A stretch of 64,000 nt of DNA from an uncultured Gemmiger sp. (GTDB lineage: Bacteria; Bacillota; Clostridia; Oscillospirales; Ruminococcaceae). The notes beneath the pieces were generated by a model. The model was given only the letters and a program-made list of their open reading frames with translations, did no database searches and was not told where the DNA came from. The stretch's first letter is position 1. The number at the start of each line of letters is the position of its first letter. The stretch spans positions 49,681 to 113,680 of the forward strand of contig CASFJO010000013.1 of the NCBI GenBank assembly GCA_949295035.1. The letters run 5' to 3'. Made by a program: the position numbers and the translations under genes. Below, piece after piece: positions 27,472 to 36,816 of this stretch.

Positions 27472-28650
27472 TCAGCGGCGGATCTCCGGCCACAGGCTGA
27501 CGCCGGCGGTCAAGGGCGCCTTGACTTCCAGATATTCACATACGGTGCGGGCAATGCAGGCAAAACTCTTGCGGGTGCCCAGATCCGCGCCCGGCCGCAC
27601 CGGATCGCCCGCAGCCAGCAGCGGCACATATTCGCGGGTGTGGTCGGTGGTCTTGGTATAACCGGGGTCGCAGCCGTGGTCGGCCGTGATGAGCACCAGA
27701 TCCTCCGGGCGGAGTTTGGTGAGCAAAACAGCCAGATCCCGGTCGAACCGGGTGGCCGCGTCAGCGTATCCGTCAATGTTGCGGCGGTGGCCGAACACCA
27801 TATCGAAGTCCACCAGATTGACAAACGCCAGGCCGCTGAAATCCCGGTCGGCCAACTCGAGGGTCACCCGCATGCCGTCATCGTTGTTTTTGGTGCGGAT
27901 GGTCTCGGTGACCCCCTGCCCGGCAAAAATATCGTGGATCTTGCCCACCGCGATCACGTCCCGGCCGGCCTCCTTCAGATAATCCAGCATGGTGGGCGCG
28001 GGCGGCTCCAGCGAAAAATCATGCCGGTTGGCGGTGCGTTTGAAATCCGCGGCGCAGGTTCCCACAAACGGCCGGGCGATCACACGGCCGACCCCATGCT
28101 CGCCCCGGAGCATATCCCGGGCGATCTGGCAGTACTGGTACAGGGTTTCCACCGGCACCACGTCTTCATGGGCGGCTATCTGGAACACGCTGTCCGCCGA
28201 GGTATACACGATCAGCGCACCGGTGCGCTGATGCTCCTCACCGTAGTCCACCAGCACCTGGGTGCCGGAATAGGGCTTGTTGCAGAGCACCTTGCGGCCG
28301 GTGCGGGCCTCAAACTCAGCGATCACCTCGGGCGGAAATCCGTCGGGATAGGTGGGCAACGCGCGCGGGCTCTCCACCCCGGCGATCTCCCAGTGGCCAA
28401 TGGTGGTATCCTTGCCGTTGCTCGCCTCCTGCAGACGGGCAAACGCGCCTGCCGGAGCCTCGGCCTTCCGGCCGCAGGAAACCCCGTCGATATTGAACAG
28501 CCCCAGCTGGCGCATCCGCGGCGTATCGAACGCCGGGCTGGACGCGATGCTGGCCAACGTATTGGTACCTTCATCGCCAAAAGCGGCGGCATCCGGTTCC
28601 GCGCCGATGCCAAAGCTGTCCAGCACGATCAGGAACACTCGTTTTGCCAT
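27472..28650 (-). CDS. deoB: phosphopentomutase
   Basis: N-terminus KRVFLIVLDSFGIG and the ITADHGCDP metal-site motif. Confidence 0.92.
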   Translation of the reverse strand: MAKRVFLIVLDSFGIGAEPDAAAFGDEGTNTLASIASSPAFDTPRMRQLGLFNIDGVSCGRKAEAPAGAFARLQEASNGKDTTIGHWEIAGVESPRALPTYPDGFPPEVIAEFEARTGRKVLCNKPYSGTQVLVDYGEEHQRTGALIVYTSADSVFQIAAHEDVVPVETLYQYCQIARDMLRGEHGVGRVIARPFVGTCAADFKRTANRHDFSLEPPAPTMLDYLKEAGRDVIAVGKIHDIFAGQGVTETIRTKNNDDGMRVTLELADRDFSGLAFVNLVDFDMVFGHRRNIDGYADAATRFDRDLAVLLTKLRPEDLVLITADHGCDPGYTKTTDHTREYVPLLAAGDPVRPGADLGTRKSFACIARTVCEYLEVKAPLTAGVSLWPEIRR

Positions 28651-28849
28651 ATATTTTTACCTCCTTGCAGGCAAATTGTGTGGAAATCGACTGTATTATA
28701 GCATATTCCCCCGGGAAAGGAAAGACCGCTTCCGAAACGCTTGTATAGGTATGGGTTTTCGTTTATAATAAATTGGGTCCTATCCGCTCCGGACCTGTGG
28801 TCTCCGGGACCTTATATAGAGAATCATGCAATGAGGAGGACAACAAAAG

Positions 28850-30592
28850 ATGCGAAAAACCAAGATCGTTTGCACGCTGGGCCCTTCCACCGACAACGAA
28901 GAGGTGCTGCGCGCCATGATCGAAAGCGGCATGGACGTTGCCCGCTTTAATTTTTCTCACGGCACCCACGAGGAGCATAAGCGCCGGTATGAGACCCTGG
29001 ACCGGCTGCGCCGGGAACTGGGCCGGCCGGTGGCCACCCTGCTGGACACCAAGGGGCCGGAGATCCGGCTGCGTCAATTCAAGGCCGGCAAGGCCAGCCT
29101 GATCGCCGGGCAGGAGTTCACCCTGACCACCCGGGACGTGGAGGGCGATGAGACCATCTGCGCCGTCACCTACAAAAATCTGCCTCAGGACGTAAAAGCC
29201 GGCGGTACCATCCTGCTGGACGACGGCCTGATCGGCATGACCATTCTGGACGTGAACGAGACCGATATCCTGTGCCGGGTGAACAACAACGGCGTCATTA
29301 AAAACAATAAAGGCGTGAACGTACCGGGGGTATCCCTGTCGCTGCCCTATATCAGTGCCCGTGACAAAGACGATATCCTGTTCGGCATTGAGACGGGCTT
29401 TGATTTCCTGGCCGCCAGCTTCACCCGCACCGCCGCCGACATCCAGGATATCCGCCGTCTGCTGGACAGCAAACAGTCCCGCATGCGGATCATCGCCAAG
29501 ATCGAAAACCGGGAAGGCGTGGACAACATCGACGCGATCCTGTCCGCCGCCGACGCCATCATGATCGCACGCGGCGACATGGGGGTGGAGATCGACTTTA
29601 CCGAGATCCCGGTGATTCAGAAGGACATCATCTATCACAGCTTCTCCAGCGGCAAGCCGGTGATCACCGCCACCCAGATGCTGGAAAGCATGATCGAGCA
29701 TCCCCGCCCCACCCGCGCCGAGATCACCGACGTGGCCAACGCCATCTACGACGGCACCTCCGCCATCATGCTCAGCGGGGAGACCGCCGCGGGCAAATAT
29801 CCGGTGGAAGCGGTGCGCACCATGGCGGCTATAGCCCGCCGCACCGAGAGCGACCACAACTATCTGTCCCGGATGCGCAAGGCGCCCAACGATCATCACC
29901 TGAGCATTGCCGCCGCCACCGCTCATGCCGCCTGCACCACCGCCGCCGACCTGAAGGCCGACATGGTGATCACGGTGAGCAAGAGCGGCGAGACCGCCCG
30001 GCTGCTGAGCCGCTGCCGGCCCGAACAGCCCATTCTGGCCTGCGTGATGGAGGAACAGGTGCAGCGGCATCTGGCCCTGTCCTGGGGCGTGATCCCGATG
30101 CTGATGCCCTACGCCCGCAACACCGATGAGTTGATCGACTTCTCGGTGCACGCCGCGCAGGAAGCCGGCCTTGTACAGGACGGCGACCTGGCCGTGATCA
30201 CCGCCGGCGTACCGGTGGGCATCAGCGGCACCACCAACATGATCAAGGTGCATCTGGTGGGCGATTCGCTGCTCACCGGCGTGGGGATAGGCAAGCTGGT
30301 ATCCAAAGGGCCTCTCTGTGTCTGCCGAAATCTGGAAGAAGTGCAGGCCAAATTCCACGCCGGCGACGTGCTGGTCGTGCCTTTTACCAACAACGAAATG
30401 CTGGAATATATGCGTCAGGCCGCCGCCGTGATCACCGAGGACCCGGGCCTCAACAGCCATGCGGCCATCGTGGGGCTGACATTGGACAAAGCGGTGATCG
30501 TGGGCGCCGCGGGCGCTACCAGGATTTTGAAGGATGATGTGCGGGTATCGGTGGACTGCGCCCGGGGCGTAGTACGCCGTCTGCCGCAGTAA
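28850..30592 (+). CDS. pyk: pyruvate kinase with C-terminal PEP-utiliser mobile domain
   Basis: MRKTKIVCTLGPS and MIARGDMGVEI motifs. C-terminal extension carries ITEDPGLNSHAAIVG. Confidence 0.93.
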   Translation: MRKTKIVCTLGPSTDNEEVLRAMIESGMDVARFNFSHGTHEEHKRRYETLDRLRRELGRPVATLLDTKGPEIRLRQFKAGKASLIAGQEFTLTTRDVEGDETICAVTYKNLPQDVKAGGTILLDDGLIGMTILDVNETDILCRVNNNGVIKNNKGVNVPGVSLSLPYISARDKDDILFGIETGFDFLAASFTRTAADIQDIRRLLDSKQSRMRIIAKIENREGVDNIDAILSAADAIMIARGDMGVEIDFTEIPVIQKDIIYHSFSSGKPVITATQMLESMIEHPRPTRAEITDVANAIYDGTSAIMLSGETAAGKYPVEAVRTMAAIARRTESDHNYLSRMRKAPNDHHLSIAAATAHAACTTAADLKADMVITVSKSGETARLLSRCRPEQPILACVMEEQVQRHLALSWGVIPMLMPYARNTDELIDFSVHAAQEAGLVQDGDLAVITAGVPVGISGTTNMIKVHLVGDSLLTGVGIGKLVSKGPLCVCRNLEEVQAKFHAGDVLVVPFTNNEMLEYMRQAAAVITEDPGLNSHAAIVGLTLDKAVIVGAAGATRILKDDVRVSVDCARGVVRRLPQ

Positions 30593-30605
30593 GGAGGGAT
30601 CCGGC

Positions 30606-31064
30606 ATGGAACGTATCGCCAGTTTTTGCGTGGATCACACCACCCTGCGGCCCGGGATGTACCTGTCCCGCCGGGATGGGGATGTGGACACCTGGGACAT
30701 CCGCATGAAGGCCCCCAATAAGGGCGACTATCTGTCCACCACCGAGGCCCACACACTGGAACACCTGTTTGCCACCCGCGCCCGCAACAGCCGCTGGGCC
30801 GATCATGTGATCTACGTGGGCCCGATGGGCTGCCGTACCGGTTTCTACCTGCTGACCCGCGGCCTTTCCGACGCGGAGGCTTTGGAACTGGCCACCGATT
30901 GCTTTGCCTTTATGGCGGAGTACGATGGGCCGGTACCCGGAGCCAGCGAAGCGGAGTGCGGAAACTGGAAAGACCTGGACGGCGCCTGCGCCCGGCCGCA
31001 AGCCGCCGCCATGCTGCAGGTCCTGCGCGGCTGGAGCCCGGAAAAGATGCGCTATGAGGCGTAA
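30606..31064 (+). CDS. luxS: S-ribosylhomocysteine lyase
   Basis: Metal-site HTLEH and GCRTGFY motifs. 152 aa. Confidence 0.92.
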   Translation: MERIASFCVDHTTLRPGMYLSRRDGDVDTWDIRMKAPNKGDYLSTTEAHTLEHLFATRARNSRWADHVIYVGPMGCRTGFYLLTRGLSDAEALELATDCFAFMAEYDGPVPGASEAECGNWKDLDGACARPQAAAMLQVLRGWSPEKMRYEA

Positions 31065-31073
31065 CGAACGGTG

Positions 31074-31112
31074 AAAAATGCCCGCTGCGAACGATTCGCA
31101 GCGGGCATTTTG
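31074..31112. terminator. Bidirectional terminator between luxS and the lectin gene
   Basis: 14-bp stem ATGCCCGCTGCGAA / TTCGCAGCGGGCAT, flanked by AAAA and TTTT. Confidence 0.85.
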
Positions 31113-31134
31113 TATTTGTTGGCGGAGGATGGCT

Positions 31135-32055
31135 TTACTTGCCGTTCTTGCGGGCAGTCTTTTTTGCCGCCGGCTTTTTGGTCTCGGCTTTGGGGGCGGA
31201 CTCAGCTTTCTTGGCGGGCTCAGCCTTTTTGGCAGGCTCGGCTTTAGGGGCAGACTCGGCCTTTTTGGCAGACTCGGCCTTTTTGGCGGGCTCGGCCTTT
31301 TTGGCGGGCTCGGCCTTTTTGGCGGGCTCGGCTTTAGGGGCAGGCTCGGCTTTAGGGGCAGGCTCGGCCTTGGTCGCCACCATGGCCTTGGGTGTTTCCA
31401 CCTTCACCGCGGGGCGGGTCTCCGGTTTGGCCGCCAGCCGGGTCTCTGTCTTGGCAGGCGCTTCCGTTTTGGGCGCAGCCGGCTTTGCTTGTGCCTTGCG
31501 GGCGGGTTTCTTGTCCGCGGCTTTCGCAGCGGGCTTGCTGGCGGCGGTTTTTTTCGTCTTTGTGCCGGTGGTCTCGGTTTTCGGCTCGGCAGCCTTTTTC
31601 TCCTTGACCGCGGCAATGGTCCACAGCTGATTCTCGCCGTTCACATCCTGCCAGATCTGCACATGGGCGCCGTTCTCAGCATTCATCCCCACCACGTCCA
31701 GGCACTTGCCGGCCAGGTTGGACTTGATCTTAAAGCGACCGTCGTTGGTGGCCTGCAACACCCACAGCTGGCTGGACGCGGGCGCGCCCTCCCACTGGTG
31801 CACCCAGGTACCATCGGTCACGCCGCCATCCACCAGGTCCAGCATCTTGCCGGTAAAACGATTCTGGATCCGGTATACGCCCTCGCCGGCACGCACAAAG
31901 TTCCACTGCTGCCAGGGCTCGCCGGCATTGGCATACAGCTGGATGGAAGCGCCGTTCTCGGTGTTGAAATCGGCAACCTCCAGCACCTTGCCGGTGGCGG
32001 CGGTGATGGTGTAAAATTGATCTGCGCTGATAATGGTCTGGCTGGTTTTTTTCAT
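31135..32055 (-). CDS. ricin-type beta-trefoil lectin domain protein with Lys/Ala/Pro/Glu-rich repeat tail
   Basis: 306 aa from ATG 32055, with GGAGAGAGG RBS. Three QxW repeats (PWQQWNF, SSQLWVL, ENQLWTI). The C-terminal ~165 aa are K/A/P/E-rich with KAEPA-type pentapeptide repeats. No signal peptide. Confidence 0.75.
   Translation of the reverse strand: MKKTSQTIISADQFYTITAATGKVLEVADFNTENGASIQLYANAGEPWQQWNFVRAGEGVYRIQNRFTGKMLDLVDGGVTDGTWVHQWEGAPASSQLWVLQATNDGRFKIKSNLAGKCLDVVGMNAENGAHVQIWQDVNGENQLWTIAAVKEKKAAEPKTETTGTKTKKTAASKPAAKAADKKPARKAQAKPAAPKTEAPAKTETRLAAKPETRPAVKVETPKAMVATKAEPAPKAEPAPKAEPAKKAEPAKKAEPAKKAESAKKAESAPKAEPAKKAEPAKKAESAPKAETKKPAAKKTARKNGK
31183..31372. repeat. 15-nt tandem repeat array inside the lectin gene (about 12 units)
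   Basis: Reiterated GGCGGGCTCGGCCTTTTT / GGCAGGCTCGGCTTTAGG units on the + strand. They encode (K/A)AEPA(K/P) pentapeptides on the minus strand. Confidence 0.85.
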
Positions 32056-32321
32056 AGTTCCTCTCTCCTTGTAAACAAGCATACGGCAAAACTGCGTCTG
32101 CCCGGCAAAACCGCCGGGATGGGATACAGGGTCCACAAGAGGCCCGGCCGAAGGAAGAACGTCTGTATGGCGCGCTTTTCAATGGGCGGGCCTATGTTCC
32201 GATTATACCATTTTTGGATTTTGCGTCAAGCAAAACGCCGCAAAAATCGCCGTTTTACCAGAGTGCGCGCCCTTTCGCGCCGCATTTTTGTACCGAAACG
32301 CCTACAAAAGGAGGATATCCC

Positions 32322-33038
32322 GTGCTGTATCGCAATATCGTTTCCGCCGTGTTTCTGGAGCGCTTGAACCGGTTTGTGGCGCTGGCCGACCTGGACGGCG
32401 TCACACAAACCGTGCATGTAAAAAACACCGGCCGATGCGCTGAACTGCTTGTTCCCGGCTGCCGCGCCTGGCTGCAAAAAGCCGACGGCCCGGCCGCCCG
32501 AAAGACCGGATATGACCTGATCGCCGTGGAAAAAGCCCGGCCCGAACAAGCGCCTCTGCTGGTGAATCTGGACTCGGCCGCCCCGAACGCGGCAGCCGGG
32601 GAATGGCTGGCCGGAGGAGGGTTGGGCGATCTGGAAGGGCTGCGGCCCGAATATCAATTAGGGGGCAGCCGCTTCGATTTTTTCGCCCGCCGGCCGAACG
32701 GGACGCCGGTACTGGTGGAGGTAAAGGGCTGCACACTGGAATCGGACGGACTGGCCCGGTTTCCGGACGCGCCCACGCTGCGGGGAGAAAAGCATGTGCG
32801 TGAACTGACCGAACGGCAGGCGCAAGGATACGAGTGCGCCGTGCTCTTTGTACTGCAGATGGAAGGGATGCGGCTCTTTGCCCCCAACTGGGATACCCAC
32901 CCCGCGTTCGGCGCCGCGCTGCGCAAAGCGCAGGCCACGGGTATGCGGGTGCTGGCACTGGGCTGCCGGGTGCAGCCGGACAGGCTGGAGATCGCCTGCC
33001 CGGTCCCGGTCGATCTGGCCGCGCCCGACCCGGTGTGA
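32322..33038 (+). CDS. sfsA: sugar fermentation stimulation protein SfsA (DNA/RNA nuclease-like)
   Basis: 238 aa from GTG 32322, with AGGAGG 7 nt upstream. Family pattern FLERLNRFVALADLDG...VHVKNTGRCAELL. Confidence 0.8.
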   Translation: MLYRNIVSAVFLERLNRFVALADLDGVTQTVHVKNTGRCAELLVPGCRAWLQKADGPAARKTGYDLIAVEKARPEQAPLLVNLDSAAPNAAAGEWLAGGGLGDLEGLRPEYQLGGSRFDFFARRPNGTPVLVEVKGCTLESDGLARFPDAPTLRGEKHVRELTERQAQGYECAVLFVLQMEGMRLFAPNWDTHPAFGAALRKAQATGMRVLALGCRVQPDRLEIACPVPVDLAAPDPV

Positions 33039-33064
33039 AATTGTATGTTTTGCGCCGAAACCGC

Positions 33065-33094
33065 TTGACATCCGCGCCCAAAACATGGTACTCT
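33065..33094 (+). promoter_or_regulatory. candidate promoter with extended -10
   Basis: TTGACA (33065-33070), 18-nt spacer, TGgTACTCT (33086-33094). Confidence 0.55.
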
Positions 33095-33194
33095 GCTGTT
33101 TGTAAAAGGGAGTAGCCGGCGGACTGTTTGCAGAACGGGCCGCAGCGGTTTGCGTCAGGTCGGGCTTTCGGGTCCCGCTGCTGCTATAATTGGC

Positions 33195-33242
33195 AAGACT
33201 TTTACCACCGCATTGTATCTCACGGTGGTAAAAGTCTTTTTT
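33195..33242 (+). terminator. strong intrinsic terminator in the leader upstream of oadB copy 2 (attenuator or sRNA terminator)
   Basis: Perfect 16-bp stem AAGACTTTTACCACCG / CGGTGGTAAAAGTCTT followed by a T-run. It lies 40 nt upstream of ATG 33282. Confidence 0.8.
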
Positions 33243-33281
33243 GTTGCCGCGGCTATCCCGCAAAGCAAAGGAGTGGAGCGA

Positions 33282-34394
33282 ATGGAATACCTGTATGAAA
33301 ACATCCTTCTTCTGGACTGGAAGATGGTGGTCATGTGGGCGATCGGCGGCCTGCTGATCTATCTGGCCATCAAAAAGGATATGGAGCCCAGCCTGCTGCT
33401 GCCCATGGGCTTTGGCGCGATCCTGGTCAACCTGCCTATGTCCGGCGCGGTGACCCAGGGCGCCGAGGAAGGCGTGCTGGATGTGCTGTATAACGCCGGC
33501 ATCGCCAACGAGTTGTTCCCCTTGCTGCTGTTCATCGGCATCGGCGCGATGATCGACTTCGGTCCCCTGCTGCAGAACCCCAAATTGCTGGTGTTTGGCG
33601 GGGCGGCCCAGCTGGGTATCTTTTTGACGCTGAGCCTGGCCTGTCTGTTTGGTTTTGATCTTCAGGACGCGGCCAGCATTGGGATCATCGGCGCGGCTGA
33701 CGGCCCCACCGCCATCTTTGTGTCCCAGTGGTACGGCTCCAGCTATACCGGCGCCATCATGGTGGCGGCTTACAGCTATATGGCTCTGGTACCGCTGGTG
33801 CAGCCGGTGGTCATCCGGGCGTTGACCACCAAAAAGGAACGGCTGATCCGGATGCCCTATCAGCCGGCCAACGTGAGCCGTACCACCCGCATCCTGTTCC
33901 CGATCCTGGTGACCATCGTGGCGGGTCTGATCGTGCCCCGCAGCGTGGCGCTGGTGGGCTTCCTGATGTTCGGCAACCTGCTGCGGGAATGCGGCGTGCT
34001 GAACAGCCTGTCCGAGACGGCGCAGAACGTGCTGGCCAACCTGATCACCATTTTCCTGGGCATCACCATCGCCAGCCGGATGCAGGCCGAACAGTTCCTC
34101 TCTCCCGACACTCTGCTGATCCTGGCGCTGGGCCTGCTGGCCTTTGTGTTTGATACCGCGGGCGGTGTGCTCTGTGCCAAGATCATCAACCTGTTTGCCC
34201 GCAACAAGGTCAACCCGATGATCGGCGCCTGCGGCATCTCGGCCTTCCCCATGTCCAGCCGGGTGGTGCATAAAATGGGCCTGAAAGAAGACCCGCAGAA
34301 CTTCCTGCTGATGCACGCGGCCGGTGTGAATGTGGGCGGGCAGATCGCCTCGGTGATCGCGGGCGGTTTGCTGCTCAACCTGATCGCCCGCTGA
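33282..34394 (+). CDS. sodium ion-translocating decarboxylase, beta subunit, copy 2
   Basis: 370 aa from ATG 33282, with AAAGGAG RBS. Paralogous to 20936-22129 (MEPSLLLPMGFGAILVNLPMSG...IGIIGAADGPTAIF). Confidence 0.9.
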   Translation: MEYLYENILLLDWKMVVMWAIGGLLIYLAIKKDMEPSLLLPMGFGAILVNLPMSGAVTQGAEEGVLDVLYNAGIANELFPLLLFIGIGAMIDFGPLLQNPKLLVFGGAAQLGIFLTLSLACLFGFDLQDAASIGIIGAADGPTAIFVSQWYGSSYTGAIMVAAYSYMALVPLVQPVVIRALTTKKERLIRMPYQPANVSRTTRILFPILVTIVAGLIVPRSVALVGFLMFGNLLRECGVLNSLSETAQNVLANLITIFLGITIASRMQAEQFLSPDTLLILALGLLAFVFDTAGGVLCAKIINLFARNKVNPMIGACGISAFPMSSRVVHKMGLKEDPQNFLLMHAAGVNVGGQIASVIAGGLLLNLIAR

Positions 34395-34409
34395 GAAAAG
34401 GAGGAATCC

Positions 34410-34538
34410 ATGATGCTGAATACCGCGCTGTTTCTGGAAAGCCTGGCCTATCTGGGCAAGGGGATGCTGGGCATCCTGATCGTGATGCTGCTGCTGGCCG
34501 GCTGCATCGCCCTGCTCAACCGGATCTTTCACGAATAA
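34410..34538 (+). CDS. small single-TM protein, OadG-like position (42 aa; below the ORF-track cut-off)
   Basis: ATG 34410 is preceded by AAAGGAGG. Sequence: MMLNTALFLESLAYLGKGMLGILIVMLLLAGCIALLNRIFHE. TAA at 34536-34538. Confidence 0.55.
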   Translation: MMLNTALFLESLAYLGKGMLGILIVMLLLAGCIALLNRIFHE

Positions 34539-34725
34539 ATCCCTTGCCATCCCGGCCGGTATGCGCTATACTGGGTGTCAGTGGGAATGAAGTTCTCCCC
34601 CGCCCGGCGCATGTCCGGTGCAAACCGCCCAAAACTTTTGGAGCTGATGACTTCTGCCGCCCTGCGTGCAGAAGCCATCGGCTTTTTTATTTGTCAGGGC
34701 GCAAAACGCCATGGAGGGATCGTGT

Positions 34726-35899
34726 ATGTTGTTGAGTCTTGCGTGGATCTTTTTACTGGGGCTGGCGCTGGGCGGACTGATGCAGAAATTGGGCCTGCCC
34801 GGTCTGCTGGGGATGCTGCTTACCGGTATTATACTGGCACAGCTGGGAGCCATTGATCCCTCGCTGCTGAGTATCTCGGCCTCGCTGCGGCAGATCGCCC
34901 TGGTGATCATCTTGTTGCGGGCGGGGCTGAATCTGTCCCCCCGGGATCTGAAGCGGGCCGGCCGGCGGTGCTGCTCTGTTTTCTGCCCGCGGTGTGCGAG
35001 ATCGGCGGCATCCTGCTGCTGGCCCCGCCGCTGCTGGGCTGTACCCGGCTGGAAGCGGCTATCCTGGGGGCTACCCTGGCAGCAGTATCCCCGGCGGTGA
35101 TCGTTCCCCGGATGCTTCGGCTCATGGAGGAGGGCTGGGGCGCCGCCCGCGCGGTGCCCCAAATGCTCATGGCGGGCGCGCGGTGGACGACGTATTTGTG
35201 ATCGTACTCTTTACCGCCTTTACCGGCCTGGCCCGGGGCGACGGTTTCTCCCCGATCCAGCTGGCCCGCATCCCCACCTCCATCCTGCTGGGGGTAGCGG
35301 TGGGGCTGGTGTGCGGTCTGATACTGGACCGGCTGTTCCGCCGCGTCCATCTGCGGGACAGCGCCAAGGTGCTGATCCTGCTGAGTGTGTCCTTTTTGCT
35401 GGTGAGCGCTGAGGACCTTTTTACCGGCTGGCTGGGATTTTCCGGGCTGCTGGCGGTGATGGCGACGGGCGCCGCGCTTCAGGCCCGATACGGCCTGGTG
35501 GCCGGGCGGCTGAGCGGAAAATTCGGCAAGTTGTGGGTGGCGGCGGAGGTACTGCTGTTTGTGCTGGTGGGCGCGGCCGTGGACCCCGCCTATGTATGCA
35601 AGGCCGGTCCGGCCATGCTGGCGGTGATCGTTGGGGCGCTGGCTGTGCGGATGCTGGGGGTAGCTCTGTGCGTGGCGGGCACACGGCTGACAAAGCAGGA
35701 AAAACTGTTCTGCGCCATCGCTTACTGCCCCAAAGCCACCGTACAGGCGGCCATAGGCTCGCTGCCCCTGGCGATGGGGCTGACCTGCGGCCCCATGGTG
35801 CTTACCGGGGCGGTACTGGCGATCCTGCTCACCGCGCCGCTGGGCGCGCTGGCCATTGATCACAGCTATCCCCGGCTCCTGCGCCGGGACCGCGCCTGA
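34726..35899 (+). pseudogene. cation:proton (Na+/H+) antiporter, CPA1-like, interrupted by two -1 frameshifts
   Basis: The coding signal runs through three frames: 34726-~34958, ~34959-~35182 and ~35183-35899. A single missing base restores the frame near GGGCCGGCCGGCGG (~34954-34962), and another near GGCGCGCGG (~35178-35183). GGAGGG RBS before ATG 34726. Confidence 0.7.
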
Positions 35900-35944
35900 T
35901 CCTTGTCCGGCGGCGCCCGCCTGGTCTTTTGGACACATAAGTTA

Positions 35945-35973
35945 TTGACATATACCATAAACCAGCATATACT
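35945..35973 (+). promoter_or_regulatory. near-consensus promoter of the DUF134-NifX gene
   Basis: TTGACA (35945-35950), 17-nt spacer, TATACT (35968-35973). Confidence 0.65.
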
Positions 35974-36002
35974 GAAAACCAGAACACGCAAAGGAGACAT
36001 CC

Positions 36003-36797
36003 ATGCCAAGACCGATCAAGCGCCGGCGGGTCTGTCACTACCCCCGCACCGTAACCTTTCAGCCCGCTGAAGCGAGGGGGGCATGTTCCCCCATCCTGCT
36101 GACCATCGACGAATATGAAACGATCCGGCTGATCGACGGGCAGGGGCTGTCTCAGGAACAATGCAGCGTTTCGATGCAGATCGCCCGCACCACCGTGCAG
36201 AAGATCTACGAGAACGCACGCCGCAAACTGGCGGATATGCTGGTAAGCGGGAGGCCGCTGCATATCGAGGGCGGCGAGTTCCGGCTGTGCGACGGCCAGG
36301 CGGACGGCTGCGGGTGTTCCACCTGTTTCAAACAGGCATACCATCAGCAATATAAAAAACCGGAAGGAGATTCGATCATGCGCATTGCGATCCCATACGA
36401 AAACGGCCAGATCTTCCAGCATTTCGGCCATACGGCCCAGTTCAAGCTGTACGATGTGGAGGGCGGAACGATCATAGCCTCCCGTGTGGTGGACACAAAC
36501 GGCAGCGGCCACGGCGCGCTGGCCGGCGTGCTCACCGCTCTCAACGTGGACGCGCTGATCTGCGGCGGCATCGGCGGGGGCGCGCAGACAGCGCTTGCCG
36601 CCGCCAACATTCGGCTGTACGGCGGGGTGACCGGCAGTGCCGACGCGGCCGCCGAGGCTCTGGCCGCCGGCCGGCTGACCTTCGACCCTGACGCGCGATG
36701 CGAACATCACGAACACCACCATGCCCAGGGGCACGGCTGCGGCGAACACTGCGGCAGCGGGCACAGCTGTAGCGGGCACGGAGGCCAAGACGCGTAA
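36003..36797 (+). CDS. DUF134 (UPF0251) DNA-binding-like domain fused to NifB/NifX-family (dinitrogenase FeMo-cofactor-binding-like) domain, with His/Cys-rich tail
   Basis: The N-terminus MPRPIKRRRVCHYP...LTIDEYETIRLIDGQGLSQEQ is DUF134-like. From MRIAIPYENGQIFQHFGHT onward it is NifX-like. The tail is CEHHEHHHAQGHGCGEHCGSGHSCSGHG. A GGAAGGAG motif precedes the internal ATG at ~36378, with no stop between the halves. Confidence 0.7.
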   Translation: MPRPIKRRRVCHYPRTVTFQPAEARGACSPILLTIDEYETIRLIDGQGLSQEQCSVSMQIARTTVQKIYENARRKLADMLVSGRPLHIEGGEFRLCDGQADGCGCSTCFKQAYHQQYKKPEGDSIMRIAIPYENGQIFQHFGHTAQFKLYDVEGGTIIASRVVDTNGSGHGALAGVLTALNVDALICGGIGGGAQTALAAANIRLYGGVTGSADAAAEALAAGRLTFDPDARCEHHEHHHAQGHGCGEHCGSGHSCSGHGGQDA

Positions 36798-36816
36798 ATC
36801 CCCCGAAAAAGCCAAG

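Noticed and set aside
28763-30607. 614-aa minus-strand ORF opposite pyruvate kinase; similar cases at 32658-34550, 36922-38307, 53736-55895, 41239-42873 and 48519-50351
   Set aside because: All are mirror ORFs of recognisable genes in high-GC sequence, with no independent start signals or motifs.
31183-31372. Regular short DNA repeats that could be mistaken for a CRISPR array
   Set aside because: The period is only 15 nt with no unique spacers. The array lies entirely in-frame within a CDS, encoding KAEPA pentapeptides.
33185-33190. TATAAT hexamer just before the oadB-2 leader terminator, as an alternative promoter
   Set aside because: There is no matching -35 or TG extension at the right spacing. 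The upstream TTGACA/TGgTACTCT pair is the better candidate, though 5' mapping is needed.
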